The notes under the pieces were generated by a model. The model worked only from the letters and a program-made list of their open reading frames with translations, was not told the origin of the DNA and searched no databases. Shown piece after piece: positions 18,840 through 27,846 of a DNA stretch of 64,000 bases. The DNA lies in contig VGBK01000003.1 of NCBI GenBank assembly GCA_016870535.1, positions 5,914-69,913 on the forward strand, given 5' to 3'. This stretch comes from Actinomycetota bacterium (GTDB taxonomy: Bacteria; Actinomycetota; Acidimicrobiia; Spongiisociales; UBA11373). Numbering within the stretch: position 1 is the first letter of the stretch; every line of letters begins with the position of its first letter. Position numbers and translations under genes: made by a program.

Positions 18840-18874
18840 CGTTGCCAGAGCGAGACTGGGCTCGGAGGAGGGCC

Positions 18875-19393
18875 ATGCGCGTCGCCGGCTACGTGCGCGA
18901 GGCGGCCGATCCCGCCGGGGATCGTCCCGCTTTCGTCCAACAGGAGGAGATCCGTCGCTACGCCGCGGCCCACGGACTGCAGGTGGTGGCTCTCTGCCAG
19001 GACATCCGCACCCCCGGAAGGCCGCTGGGGCGGGAGGGGTACCTCAGCCTCCTGCAGGTGGTGTCCTCGGGCCACGCCGCCGCCGTGCTGCTTCCCGGGA
19101 TCGAGACCCTGTCGTCGGATGTGGTCGTGCAGGAGATCATGCTGTGGGACCTGCGCTCCCGCGGGGCGCGGGTGGTCTCTACCTACCCGGCCGACCTGGA
19201 GGCCCTCTCCGACGCGCCGTCCGACCCCACCAGGCAGTTCGTGCGCCACATCCTGGCCCGGGTGGCCGAGCACGGTGCTGCCGTTGCCGCCGCCACGCCG
19301 GGTGTCCCGCCGCCCGCTCTGGATGCCGACGCCGGGGTCGTGATCAGGCTGGTCTCCCCCAGCCCGGCGGCCACCGATGCCGCCGTGGGGTGA
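18875..19393 (+). CDS. Serine-recombinase (resolvase) catalytic-domain-like protein, probably non-catalytic, with no DNA-binding domain.
   Basis: MRVAGYVREAAD... aligns to the resolvase N-terminal domain (MR.GYARVSTxxQ), but the nucleophile Ser is replaced (YVREAAD). The LDRLGRS-like region is also degenerate (IETLSSD) and there is no C-terminal HTH. ATG at 18875 is preceded by a GGAGGAGG SD. The track ORF starts earlier, at TTG 18842. Confidence 0.55.
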   Translation: MRVAGYVREAADPAGDRPAFVQQEEIRRYAAAHGLQVVALCQDIRTPGRPLGREGYLSLLQVVSSGHAAAVLLPGIETLSSDVVVQEIMLWDLRSRGARVVSTYPADLEALSDAPSDPTRQFVRHILARVAEHGAAVAAATPGVPPPALDADAGVVIRLVSPSPAATDAAVG

Positions 19394-19450
19394 AGGCGGG
19401 CGTGCCGTCGGTGAAAGCCGCCCGCCGGAAGCGGGCGAGGAGCCACCCCG

Positions 19451-20101
19451 TCAGGGCAGCAAGGCCGACCAGGCGGCTCGCGCCAAGGCGTAGCCCCGGG
19501 AGGCCCGCACCAGGCCGGCACCGGCGCCCTTGAGCCCTTCGGGGCTCTCGAGCACCACCGTCACCACCTGCGACCCGTTGGCCGTCGCCCAGTCGACGGC
19601 GATCACCCGCGGCGGGGCGCCGACCAGGAGCAGGCCCACCGCTTCCACGACCGCCGTCTCCAGTCCCTCCTCGCTGCGAGCCCCCCGCCGGGTGGCCTCC
19701 CTCCCGTCCTCGGCGGTCACCGTCACCTCCAGGCCGGCGGCGCTCTCCTCCACCCGGACGGACCGCAACTCCGACGGAAGGCGCGGCGGCCGCTCCGCGC
19801 CCCCTGCCTCCTCCTCCGAAGGAGGCGCCGGCGCCACCAGCGGCAAGGCCGGAGCGGGCGGCGCCCCGCCGGCGTCCAGCCGCGACCGCATGCCGTGCGC
19901 GGCGAGGACCCGTTGTACCTCCACCCCAACGCGCTCCGGGTCGGCGTCGGTCGTCATCCTGATGCGCACCCCGGCGGGAGCCTGGTCGTCACCGTCCAAG
20001 TCGACTTCGGCCACCCCGGCGACCCCCAGCAGTTCGTCTCTCAGGCTCTGGGCCGACACGGCACCCTCTCCCTTCACTCCCCTCGCTGTCTTCGCCGCCA
20101 A
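19451..20101 (-). CDS. Hypothetical protein (two repeated alpha/beta segments joined by a Pro/Ala-rich linker).
   Basis: 216-aa ORF on the GC-typical strand with a TTG start. The architecture L..V.GV..VDLDGD...VRIRMTT...VEVQRVL appears twice. No family could be assigned from sequence alone. Confidence 0.45.
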   Translation of the reverse strand: MAAKTARGVKGEGAVSAQSLRDELLGVAGVAEVDLDGDDQAPAGVRIRMTTDADPERVGVEVQRVLAAHGMRSRLDAGGAPPAPALPLVAPAPPSEEEAGGAERPPRLPSELRSVRVEESAAGLEVTVTAEDGREATRRGARSEEGLETAVVEAVGLLLVGAPPRVIAVDWATANGSQVVTVVLESPEGLKGAGAGLVRASRGYALARAAWSALLP

Positions 20102-20376
20102 CTCAAGTACCGCACCACGTCGGACGACGCGATCCGGGCTTGGGAACTCCCGTAGGCGGTGATCCTCCGCCAGCGGAGGTACTCCTCATTCGGCACTAAT
20201 AGTAGCCGCTTCCACCACTCTTTGCATCGAGTTTCTCGGCCCATTCTCCAGGCCTCGGCCCACAGCCGGGGGCGGACTGCCACCGCCAGGATCACGTCGA
20301 AGCCCACCCGGGCATCATACGCTCCCCCCCAAGACCCTCTGCGGGCCGGCTCCACCGGGAAACGCCGAGTACATCT

Positions 20377-20409
20377 GGTTACGTTCGCAAAACGTTCGCG
20401 CTGATAACC
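20377..20409. promoter_or_regulatory. Repeat-containing element in the low-GC leader upstream of moxR: GGTTA-[ACGTTCGC-aaa-ACGTTCGC]-gctgaTAACC.
   Basis: Two ACGTTCGC direct repeats 11 bp apart, bracketed by a 5-bp inverted repeat (GGTTA/TAACC). They lie 40-70 bp upstream of the moxR TTG start. The surrounding 20.1-20.45 kb region is markedly less GC-rich than its flanks. Confidence 0.4.
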
Positions 20410-20447
20410 TCGAGCCCACTACCAGGAATCCCCCCGGAGGCGGCAAG

Positions 20448-21428
20448 TTGAGCGAGGCACCCGTAGGCCGGCAGGAACTGTCGTGGTTCTCCGATCGCTT
20501 CGAGGAGATCGCCACCAACATCGAACGGGTCATCCAGGGGAAGCGCGAAGTAGTCGACTTCGTCGTCCTGGGCCTGCTCTCGGAGGGCCACCTCCTCATC
20601 GAGGACGTGCCCGGGGTCGGCAAGACCCTCCTGGCCAAGTCCCTGGCCCGCAGCATCCACTGCGGGTTCCAGCGGGTCCAGTTCACGCCGGATCTCCTTC
20701 CCTCCGACGTGACCGGGGTCTCGGTCTGGGACCGGGAGCGGAGCGCCTTCGTCTTCCGGGCCGGCCCGGTCTTCTCGAACATCGTCCTCGGCGACGAGAT
20801 CAATCGGGCCAGCCCCAAGACCCAGGCCGCCTTGCTGGAGGCCATGGAGGAGCGCCAGGTGACCGTCGACGGGGTCACCCGCCGCCTGGCCCCGCCTTTC
20901 ATGGTGATCGCCACCCAGAACCCGATCGAGCACGAGGGGACCTACCCCCTGCCCGAGGCGCAGCTGGACCGCTTCATGCTGCGCCTGGTGATGGGATACC
21001 CGTCGCGGGAGAAGGAGCTCGAGATCCTCGACGCCCACGGGGTGCGCTCTACCTACGACGATCTCGAGCCGGTCATCACCGGCGAGGACGTGGTCCGCAT
21101 GATCGACGTCGCCCGCCGCATCTACGTCTCCGACCCGGTCAAGGCCTACCTGGTGGACACCGTCGAGGCCACCCGCCGGGATCCCGACCTGCTCCTCGGC
21201 GCCTCCCCCCGGGCCACGCTCTTCCTGCAGCGCGGCGCCCGGGCACGAGCGGCCATCGAGGGCCGCCACTTCGCCACCCCGGACGACGTCAAGGCGATGC
21301 TCCACCCGGTGCTGACCCACCGCATGATCCTGCGCCCCGAGGCGCAGATGCGGGGGGCCTCCCTCGAGGAGATAATCGAGGGCATCGCCCACGGCATCCC
21401 CGTCCCCGGCACGAGATCGAGGGTCTGA
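20448..21428 (+). CDS. MoxR-family AAA+ ATPase.
   Basis: Walker A GVGKT, Walker B VLGDEINRASPKTQAALLEAM, and the MoxR-specific C-terminal helix bundle. TTG start with a GGAGG SD. Confidence 0.9.
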   Translation: MSEAPVGRQELSWFSDRFEEIATNIERVIQGKREVVDFVVLGLLSEGHLLIEDVPGVGKTLLAKSLARSIHCGFQRVQFTPDLLPSDVTGVSVWDRERSAFVFRAGPVFSNIVLGDEINRASPKTQAALLEAMEERQVTVDGVTRRLAPPFMVIATQNPIEHEGTYPLPEAQLDRFMLRLVMGYPSREKELEILDAHGVRSTYDDLEPVITGEDVVRMIDVARRIYVSDPVKAYLVDTVEATRRDPDLLLGASPRATLFLQRGARARAAIEGRHFATPDDVKAMLHPVLTHRMILRPEAQMRGASLEEIIEGIAHGIPVPGTRSRV

Positions 21429-22609
21429 TGCCCACCGGCCGCGGCTGGGCGGCCGCCGGGGTGGCCGGCGCCCTGCTGCTCCTGTGGGTCGGGTTCGGCG
21501 AGGTGGAGCTCCTGGCCACCGCCCTCTTCCTGCTGCTCGGGCTCGCCGGCGGGACCGCCTTCGTGCGACTGGGCAGCCCGCGCCTGGAGGCGACGCGCCG
21601 CCTCTACCCGGCCCAGGCCCACGAGGGTGACCAGGTCACCGTGGAAGTCGACCTGCTCGCCGGCCGCTCCGCCCGCCACCTGCTGGTGGAAGACACCGTC
21701 CACGGCCTCGGCACCGCTCGCTTCGCCGCCGCCGCCACCACCGCCGGACAGCGCCTGCAGGCCCGCTACGAGGTCTACTGCCGTCACCGCGGCATCTACC
21801 CGGTGGGCCCGGCCGAGGTGAGCGTCACCGACCCGCTGACCCTGGCCGAACGACGCTCCCCGGCCGGTGGCGCCGACCGCCTCATCGTCTACCCGGCGGT
21901 GGAGACCCTGGCCGGCTTCCCGGCGGTGCGCGGCCTCGACCCGGCGGTGCAGGCGACCCACCCCACCTTCGCCCCTCAGGGCGGGGAGGACTTCTTCACC
22001 CTGCGCGAGTACCAGACGGGCGACGACCTCCGCAAAGTCCACTGGCCTTCGTCGGCCAAGCGCGACGACCTGATGATCAAGCAACTCGAGGTCCCCTGGC
22101 AGGCGCGCGCCCTGGTGCTCTTCGACCCGCGAGCGCCGCGCTACCCCTCCCCCGAGGCTTTCGAGCACGCGGTGCGCGGCGCCGCTTCGGTGGTCACCCA
22201 CCTCTACCGGGGCGGCTTCAGCCCGGAACTGTGGGCCGGGGAGCGAGCCCCGGGCCTGCGCTCCGACTCCCGCTTCTCCCAGGCCATGGAGATGCTGGCT
22301 TCCATCCAGCCCGCGACCCACCTGGACCTGCGCGCCGTGGTGAGCCGCCTGCGCCGCCAGGGGGTCGGGGGTGGAGCCCTGGTCGTCGTCACCGGGCCCC
22401 CCGATGAAGGCGTGCTGGCCGCCTATCGCCTCCTCGCCCAGGACTTCGCCCGGACCATCGTCCTGGTCGCCGCCGAGCCGTCCGGCCAGGCCCTCCTGGG
22501 ACTCCAGAGGGCCGGAGCGGTCACCATCGCCGCCGCTCCGGGGGCGCTCTGGGCCCCCGCCTGGCGCACCGCCATGGAGTTGTCGTGGTCTACCGCTTCT
22601 CTTGGATAG
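21428..22609 (+). CDS. DUF58 domain protein (vWA-like partner of MoxR ATPases).
   Basis: ATG overlaps the moxR stop (TGATG). N-terminal TM pair, then the DUF58 core ...LREYQTGDDLRKVHW... Confidence 0.85.
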   Translation: MPTGRGWAAAGVAGALLLLWVGFGEVELLATALFLLLGLAGGTAFVRLGSPRLEATRRLYPAQAHEGDQVTVEVDLLAGRSARHLLVEDTVHGLGTARFAAAATTAGQRLQARYEVYCRHRGIYPVGPAEVSVTDPLTLAERRSPAGGADRLIVYPAVETLAGFPAVRGLDPAVQATHPTFAPQGGEDFFTLREYQTGDDLRKVHWPSSAKRDDLMIKQLEVPWQARALVLFDPRAPRYPSPEAFEHAVRGAASVVTHLYRGGFSPELWAGERAPGLRSDSRFSQAMEMLASIQPATHLDLRAVVSRLRRQGVGGGALVVVTGPPDEGVLAAYRLLAQDFARTIVLVAAEPSGQALLGLQRAGAVTIAAAPGALWAPAWRTAMELSWSTASLG

Positions 22610-24963
22610 CCGGAGCTGCCGGGATCCTCCTCGCCCTGGGCCGCCTGGAGCGTTTGCTGCTCAGCTCGGCCGAAGGCCTTCCCTGGGAGGTGGTGCTCCT
22701 CGCCGCCGCGCTGCTCGGCGGCGCACTGACCTGGGCCGGCCTGGCCTACCGCCTCTCGCTCCCCGCACTGGCCGCCCTGAACCTGGCCGCCCTCCTGCTC
22801 ACCGTGGTCCGCCTCGCCGCCCCGGCGACCACCTGGTTCATCCTCCCCTCGCCGTCGTCGTTCCCCGCCCTCGGGACCGAGCTCGCCTACGCCCTGGAAC
22901 TGGCCCGCACCGGCGTCGCCCCGGTTCTGCCCGTCGCCGGGCTCGTCGCCATGCTGGCGGTGCTCTTCTGGAGCCTCGGCGCCCTGCTCTGCTGGGGCCT
23001 GCAACGGGAGCATCCCTACGCCGCGGTGCTGGCCCCTCTCGTCGCCTACCTCCAGTTCGCCACCATGGACCGCCGCCACAGCAGCGCCTGGACGGTGGCT
23101 TTCGTGCTCCTCCTCGGGATCTCGCTCCTCGCGGTGGCCGCCGACCGGCGCCGACACGGGTCCGGCCTCCTCACCACGGGCCCGGGGCGGGCAGCGGTGG
23201 GACGCACCCGGCCGGCGGTGGCGGTGGGCACTATGGCGCTGGTCGTCGTCATCGCCCTGACCGGCACGGCGGCTCTGGCCCGCGCCGTGCCGCGCAGCGG
23301 CCTGCTCGACTGGCGGGTGCCCTCTGCCCTGGCCGGCGGCTACTACGGCAGCATCTCCTTCAACCCCTTCGTCGGCATCCGCCAGCAGCTGGTCTCCCCC
23401 ACCGACACCGCCCTGTTCGTGGCCGAGATCCGAGGCGAACTGAGCTACGACCGGGTCTACTTCCGCCTCCTCTCCCTGGAGTCCTTCGACGGCACCCAGT
23501 GGTACACGGCGCGACCCCGGGTGGCCCGGCTCGAGGAGACCGCTTGGTTCGAGGCCCCCGCCGTCTCCTTTCGCGGGCCCACCGCGGCGGTCGAGCAGAC
23601 GGTCACCATCTTGGCCCTGCAGCAAGACTGGCTACCGGCCGCCTACTCCCCGGTCGGCTTCGCCGCCGACAACCGGGCGGCCGCCTCGGGACTGCGCATC
23701 AAGGTGGACGACGGGTCGCTGCACTTCGCCGCCCTCACCTATCGCGGCATGACCTACCGCGTGGAGTCGCGCCTCCCCGTTCCGGACCTGGCGGTGCTCA
23801 CCTTGGGAGCCGACGGCCTGCCATCCCGCGTCTTCGCCGACGCTTCGGCGGCCGAGGACGGCTACACGGCCGTCGCCGCGATCTCCCCTCCGGTCGCCGT
23901 GGAACTGCCCGACCGCGCCCGGTACCTGGCGCTGCCTCCCGGCATCGACGGCGGCGTGCTCGGCCTGGCCCGCCGCCAGGTGCGAGGCCTGGGCACCGAC
24001 TTCGAGAGGGGCCTGGCCCTCGAGGCCTTCTTCCGTGACTCGGGGGCCTTCCGCTACTCGACCCAGGTGGACCCCGGGCACGCCGCCACCGACCTGGCCG
24101 ACTGGCTGCTCGACCCGTTGAGCCCCAACTACCGCACCGGCTACTGCGAGCAGTTCGCCACCGCCATGGCGGTCATGGCCCGCCAGGTGGGAGTGCCCAG
24201 CCGCGTCGTGCTGGGCTTCACCCCGGGCCGCCTCCTCGACGACGGCCGGGTCGTGGTGCGCGACCGCAACGCCCACGCCTGGGTGGAGCTGTGGATGCCG
24301 ACCCAGGGCTGGGTTCGCTTCGACCCCACGCCGCGGGGCGACGGTGTCAACCCGGCCGCCTCGGACGAACTGCCCTTCGACCTCGCCGCCTACCTGGACC
24401 TCGAGGTGGTGGTCCCCACCTGGCCCCCCGGCACCAACCCCACCGTCCCGCTCCCGGAGGACGACCCCGTTCTCCCCCTACCTCCGGTCTCCCCGACCGA
24501 GCCTGCCGGAGGATGGCAGCTGCCAAGCCTCCCCGCCTGGCTGCCCCTCACCCTGGCCGGCCTCGTCGCCGCCTTCGCCTTCCTCCCCTCCGTCAAGTGG
24601 TCCCGGCGGCGACGCCGGTTGCGAGCCCTCTCGATGGGCGACATCTCGGCCGCCTGGCGGGAGATGGTGGACCGTTTGGCCGACCTGGGGGACGACCCTC
24701 CCCTGAGCGCGACACCGCTCGAGGTAGCCCGCACCACCGACCCCGCCTTGCTCCCCCTGGCCCGGGCCTACGCCGAGAGCGCCTATGGGCCCCCCCGCGG
24801 CCGCAGCTTCGACCTGGGCCAGGTGGCCGCGGCCGCCACCTCGCTGCGCGACACCGAAGGGCGCCTCGGGGGCCGCTACTCGCCGCTGCGGCGCGTGGCG
24901 GCGTGGTACCGCCTGAAGTCTCTGACCCCGCGACGCTGGACGCCCCGGCGGCGCCCCCGGTGA
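22585..24963 (+). CDS. Transglutaminase-like membrane protein (DUF3488 N-terminal TM region, papain-like TGase core, C-terminal TM).
   Basis: Cys-His-Asp core YCEQFATAMAVMARQVGVPSRVVLGF ... RNAHAWVELW ... VRFDPT. Multiple N-terminal TMs. Classical third member of the moxR-DUF58-tgpA-like triad. Confidence 0.85.
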   Translation: MVYRFSWIAGAAGILLALGRLERLLLSSAEGLPWEVVLLAAALLGGALTWAGLAYRLSLPALAALNLAALLLTVVRLAAPATTWFILPSPSSFPALGTELAYALELARTGVAPVLPVAGLVAMLAVLFWSLGALLCWGLQREHPYAAVLAPLVAYLQFATMDRRHSSAWTVAFVLLLGISLLAVAADRRRHGSGLLTTGPGRAAVGRTRPAVAVGTMALVVVIALTGTAALARAVPRSGLLDWRVPSALAGGYYGSISFNPFVGIRQQLVSPTDTALFVAEIRGELSYDRVYFRLLSLESFDGTQWYTARPRVARLEETAWFEAPAVSFRGPTAAVEQTVTILALQQDWLPAAYSPVGFAADNRAAASGLRIKVDDGSLHFAALTYRGMTYRVESRLPVPDLAVLTLGADGLPSRVFADASAAEDGYTAVAAISPPVAVELPDRARYLALPPGIDGGVLGLARRQVRGLGTDFERGLALEAFFRDSGAFRYSTQVDPGHAATDLADWLLDPLSPNYRTGYCEQFATAMAVMARQVGVPSRVVLGFTPGRLLDDGRVVVRDRNAHAWVELWMPTQGWVRFDPTPRGDGVNPAASDELPFDLAAYLDLEVVVPTWPPGTNPTVPLPEDDPVLPLPPVSPTEPAGGWQLPSLPAWLPLTLAGLVAAFAFLPSVKWSRRRRRLRALSMGDISAAWREMVDRLADLGDDPPLSATPLEVARTTDPALLPLARAYAESAYGPPRGRSFDLGQVAAAATSLRDTEGRLGGRYSPLRRVAAWYRLKSLTPRRWTPRRRPR

Positions 24964-24970
24964 GCCCGGA

Positions 24971-25462
24971 TCAGCCGTCGGCGACCGCCCCGCCGACGTC
25001 GTCCTCGACGCGCCGCAGCATCTCGAGGAATTGATCCCGGTCGAGCTCGAAGCGGGTGACGTCCTCGGCCACCTCCCGGGTGATCTCCCCGATGGCCACG
25101 AAGAACGCCAGCTGCCCGTCACGCAGGGCGTCGATGAGCTCCTCGTCGTTGGAGGCGACCCGGAAGATGCTGTGGCCGTCGGTGATCAGCCGCACCTCGG
25201 CCAGATGCCGGTCCATGTCGGCGGAGCGCCGCAGGTAGTCCCAGGCCCGCCGCACCCGCTGCAGCGACATGCCGTTGTCCAGCAGGCTCTTCACCACGCG
25301 AAGGGCCACCAGGTCACGGAAGCAGTACAGGCGCCGCCGCCCGGCACGGCCGCCGGTGCGCTGCAGCGTCGGGCGCACCAGGTTCACCCGATCCCAGTAG
25401 CGCAACTGATGCGGAGTGCAACCGGTGAAACGTCCCGCCTGCTGTGCCGTGAAGCCTTCCAA
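24971..25462 (-). CDS. MerR-family transcriptional regulator.
   Basis: N-terminal HTH FTAQQAGRFTGCTPHQLRYWDRVNLVRP (MerR signature), then a dimerisation helix. TTG start. Confidence 0.8.
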   Translation of the reverse strand: MEGFTAQQAGRFTGCTPHQLRYWDRVNLVRPTLQRTGGRAGRRRLYCFRDLVALRVVKSLLDNGMSLQRVRRAWDYLRRSADMDRHLAEVRLITDGHSIFRVASNDEELIDALRDGQLAFFVAIGEITREVAEDVTRFELDRDQFLEMLRRVEDDVGGAVADG

Positions 25463-25534
25463 GACCTTCCCTCCCCGAGATCCCTGCCCGGCCCCGTTCT
25501 TGGGACCGGCGATCCTACTCCCCCGACGCCCTCC

Positions 25535-25864
25535 CTACCGGCCGCCCCCGGGATGCCGGCGCCATCGCTTCCGCCACTTCGGCGCGGAGGCTACCCCGGC
25601 CCGCCGCCGCGCCAGCAGGGCGATCCAGGCCACCGACAGCACCATGACGACGAAGCCGGCGAGAGCGACCAGGGTGATCCTGGTGAAGAACACCAGCATC
25701 AGCGCCGCCCCGCCCGCCAGACCCAGGAGGGCCCAACGCAGTTGTCGCGCCCAACCTCGGGCCAGGTCCGCCGTCCTCACCGTCTCCGCCAGGCGCGGGT
25801 CGTCCTCGTAGAACTGGCGCTCGATCTCGTCGAGGATGCGCTGCTCTCTGTCGTTGAGGGGCAT
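25535..25864 (-). CDS. DUF3040 family small membrane protein.
   Basis: MPLNDREQRILDEIERQFYEDDP N-terminus followed by two TM helices, the canonical DUF3040 layout. Confidence 0.75.
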   Translation of the reverse strand: MPLNDREQRILDEIERQFYEDDPRLAETVRTADLARGWARQLRWALLGLAGGAALMLVFFTRITLVALAGFVVMVLSVAWIALLARRRAGVASAPKWRKRWRRHPGGGR

Positions 25865-25934
25865 GAGGGCTCCGCCGCGGTCCGGCAGGCCGAGTATACC
25901 GAAGGCGAACCGGCGAGCGCCTGGGCCTACTGCC

Positions 25935-27128
25935 TCATTTTGCCAGAGGAGGCTCCGGCGGGCGCGGCGCCGGCGCCAGGCGGGCGCGCCGCACCGCGTC
26001 CCTGCCGAAACGCTCCCGGGCCCGGCCCACTGCCGCCTCCACCTCCGCCCAGCGACTCGGCTCCAACGCCAGCTGCCGGGGGGCCGCCGTGGGGTCCAGA
26101 TGCTCGGCGCTCAGGCCCAGGAGGCGGACCCGCCGCAGGCCCACTCCCGCCCGGTCCAGCAGGTCGAGAGCAGTGCGGAAGACCTGCTGCGCCGTGTCCA
26201 CGGGATCGGGAAGCCCCCGGCTCCTCCCGATCGTGGTGAAGTCGGAGAACCGCACCTTCAGGCCCAACACTCGGGCGGCCACCCCGGCCGCGCGCAGCCG
26301 CCCGGCGAGGCGGTCGGCGAGACGAAGCAGTTCCTCCTCCAGGGCCGGCCTGCCGGCGATGTCGGCGGCGAAGGTCTCTTCGACCGATATCGTGCGCGAC
26401 GGGCCGCTCGCCTCCACCGGCCGGTCGCCTTCGGCCCGAGCCAGGCGGAGGAGATGCGCGCCGAGAGACGGGCCGAGACGCCGCTCGAGGAGGCCCGGGG
26501 GCAGGGCGGCCAGTTCTCCGACGGTGCGGACTCCCAGTTCTTCCAGCCGGGCCCGGGTCGCCTCCCCCACCCCCCAGAGATCGCCCACGCCCAGAGGGTG
26601 AAGGAACGCCGTCTCTTCCCCGGCGGAGATCAGGCGCAGCCCGTCGGGCTTGGCGGCTCGGCTCGCCAGCTTCGCCAGCAGACGGCTGGTGGCCAGGCCC
26701 ACCGAAGCCGGCAGCCCGGCCTGCACCATGAGTCCCCGCCGCACCGCCCGCCCCACCGCCTCGGGCGAGGGATAGGCCAGCCGCAGCCCGGCGATGTCGA
26801 GGAAAGCCTCGTCCACCGAGACTGCTTCCACCACCGGCGTGAAGGCGGCGAACACGGCGAAGACCTCCTCGGACGCGGCGGCGTAGGCGCGGTGATCCGG
26901 AGCCAGGAACCGTGCCTCCCGACACAGGCGCCGGGCGTGGATGGTGGGCATCCCCGCAGCGACCCCGGCACGCCGGGCCTCGTAGGAGGCGGAGGTGACC
27001 ACGCCGCGTCCCCCCAGTCCGGCGACGACGACGGGGACGCCCCGGAGTTCGGGCCGTCGCCGCCGCTCCACCTCCACGAAGAAGGAGTCCATGTCGACGT
27101 GGGCGATGTGCTCGGCGAAGCGCTCCAC
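25935..27128 (-). CDS. dinB: DNA polymerase IV (Y-family translesion polymerase DinB).
   Basis: HVDMDSFFVEVE catalytic N-terminus, SVDEAF, and the little-finger domain. Confidence 0.9.
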   Translation of the reverse strand: MERFAEHIAHVDMDSFFVEVERRRRPELRGVPVVVAGLGGRGVVTSASYEARRAGVAAGMPTIHARRLCREARFLAPDHRAYAAASEEVFAVFAAFTPVVEAVSVDEAFLDIAGLRLAYPSPEAVGRAVRRGLMVQAGLPASVGLATSRLLAKLASRAAKPDGLRLISAGEETAFLHPLGVGDLWGVGEATRARLEELGVRTVGELAALPPGLLERRLGPSLGAHLLRLARAEGDRPVEASGPSRTISVEETFAADIAGRPALEEELLRLADRLAGRLRAAGVAARVLGLKVRFSDFTTIGRSRGLPDPVDTAQQVFRTALDLLDRAGVGLRRVRLLGLSAEHLDPTAAPRQLALEPSRWAEVEAAVGRARERFGRDAVRRARLAPAPRPPEPPLAK

Positions 27129-27163
27129 GAGGCCTACCGTACCGCCTCCCTAAACTCCCCACC

Positions 27164-27787
27164 GTGCTGGGCCGCCTCCACCTCGTGCGCCACGGTGAGG
27201 TGGCCAACCCGGCTCACCTCTGTTACGGCGACCTGCCCGGCTTCGGTCTCAGCCCCCTGGGCCGCCGGCAGGCCCGGTCGGCGGCGGCCCACCTCGCCGC
27301 CCGGGGTGCCGACCTCCTGCTGGCCTCCCCTCTGCAACGGGCCGTCGAGACCGCGGAGATCCTGGCCCGCGCCCTCGGGCTGCCCGTCGCCCTCGATGAG
27401 CGCCTCACCGAGTGGCGGCTGGGGGTGCGCTGGCGAGGGGTGGCTTGGGAGAGCCTCCCCAGCGCCTTCCCCGGCGAACTCGAGGCCTACCTGGAGCACC
27501 CCGCCGACCTGCCCTTCGCCCCGGAGAGCCTGGCGGCGACGGCGGAGCGGGTGGGAGACCTGATCGAGGAGTTGGGCCGCCGCCACCCCGGGATCGCCGC
27601 CGTGCTGGTCTCCCACCAGGATCCCCTGCAAGCCGCCCGCTTGCTCCTCACCGGCGGCGACCCGGGCGCCCTGCATCGAGGCAAGCCGGGCCACGCCGCG
27701 GTCCTGACGCTGGTCCCCGGCCCTCCGTGGCGGGAGATCTCTCACTGGGAGCCCCCACTGCCCGGGGTTCGCTTCCCACCGGTGTGA
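27164..27787 (+). CDS. Histidine phosphatase family protein (phosphoglycerate mutase-like).
   Basis: RHG catalytic motif (LHLVRHGEV) and a C-terminal His (SHQDP). Confidence 0.8.
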   Translation: MLGRLHLVRHGEVANPAHLCYGDLPGFGLSPLGRRQARSAAAHLAARGADLLLASPLQRAVETAEILARALGLPVALDERLTEWRLGVRWRGVAWESLPSAFPGELEAYLEHPADLPFAPESLAATAERVGDLIEELGRRHPGIAAVLVSHQDPLQAARLLLTGGDPGALHRGKPGHAAVLTLVPGPPWREISHWEPPLPGVRFPPV

Positions 27788-27846
27788 CCGTCCTCCCTCG
27801 GAGGCCGGTCTAAACTGCGGCCACCAGAAGAGGAGGATCGCCCACG

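Noticed and set aside
27060-27170. LexA box upstream of dinB.
   Set aside because: No CGAAC-N4-GTTCG or close variant was found in the 27099-27163 region or within the first 100 bp of the gene.
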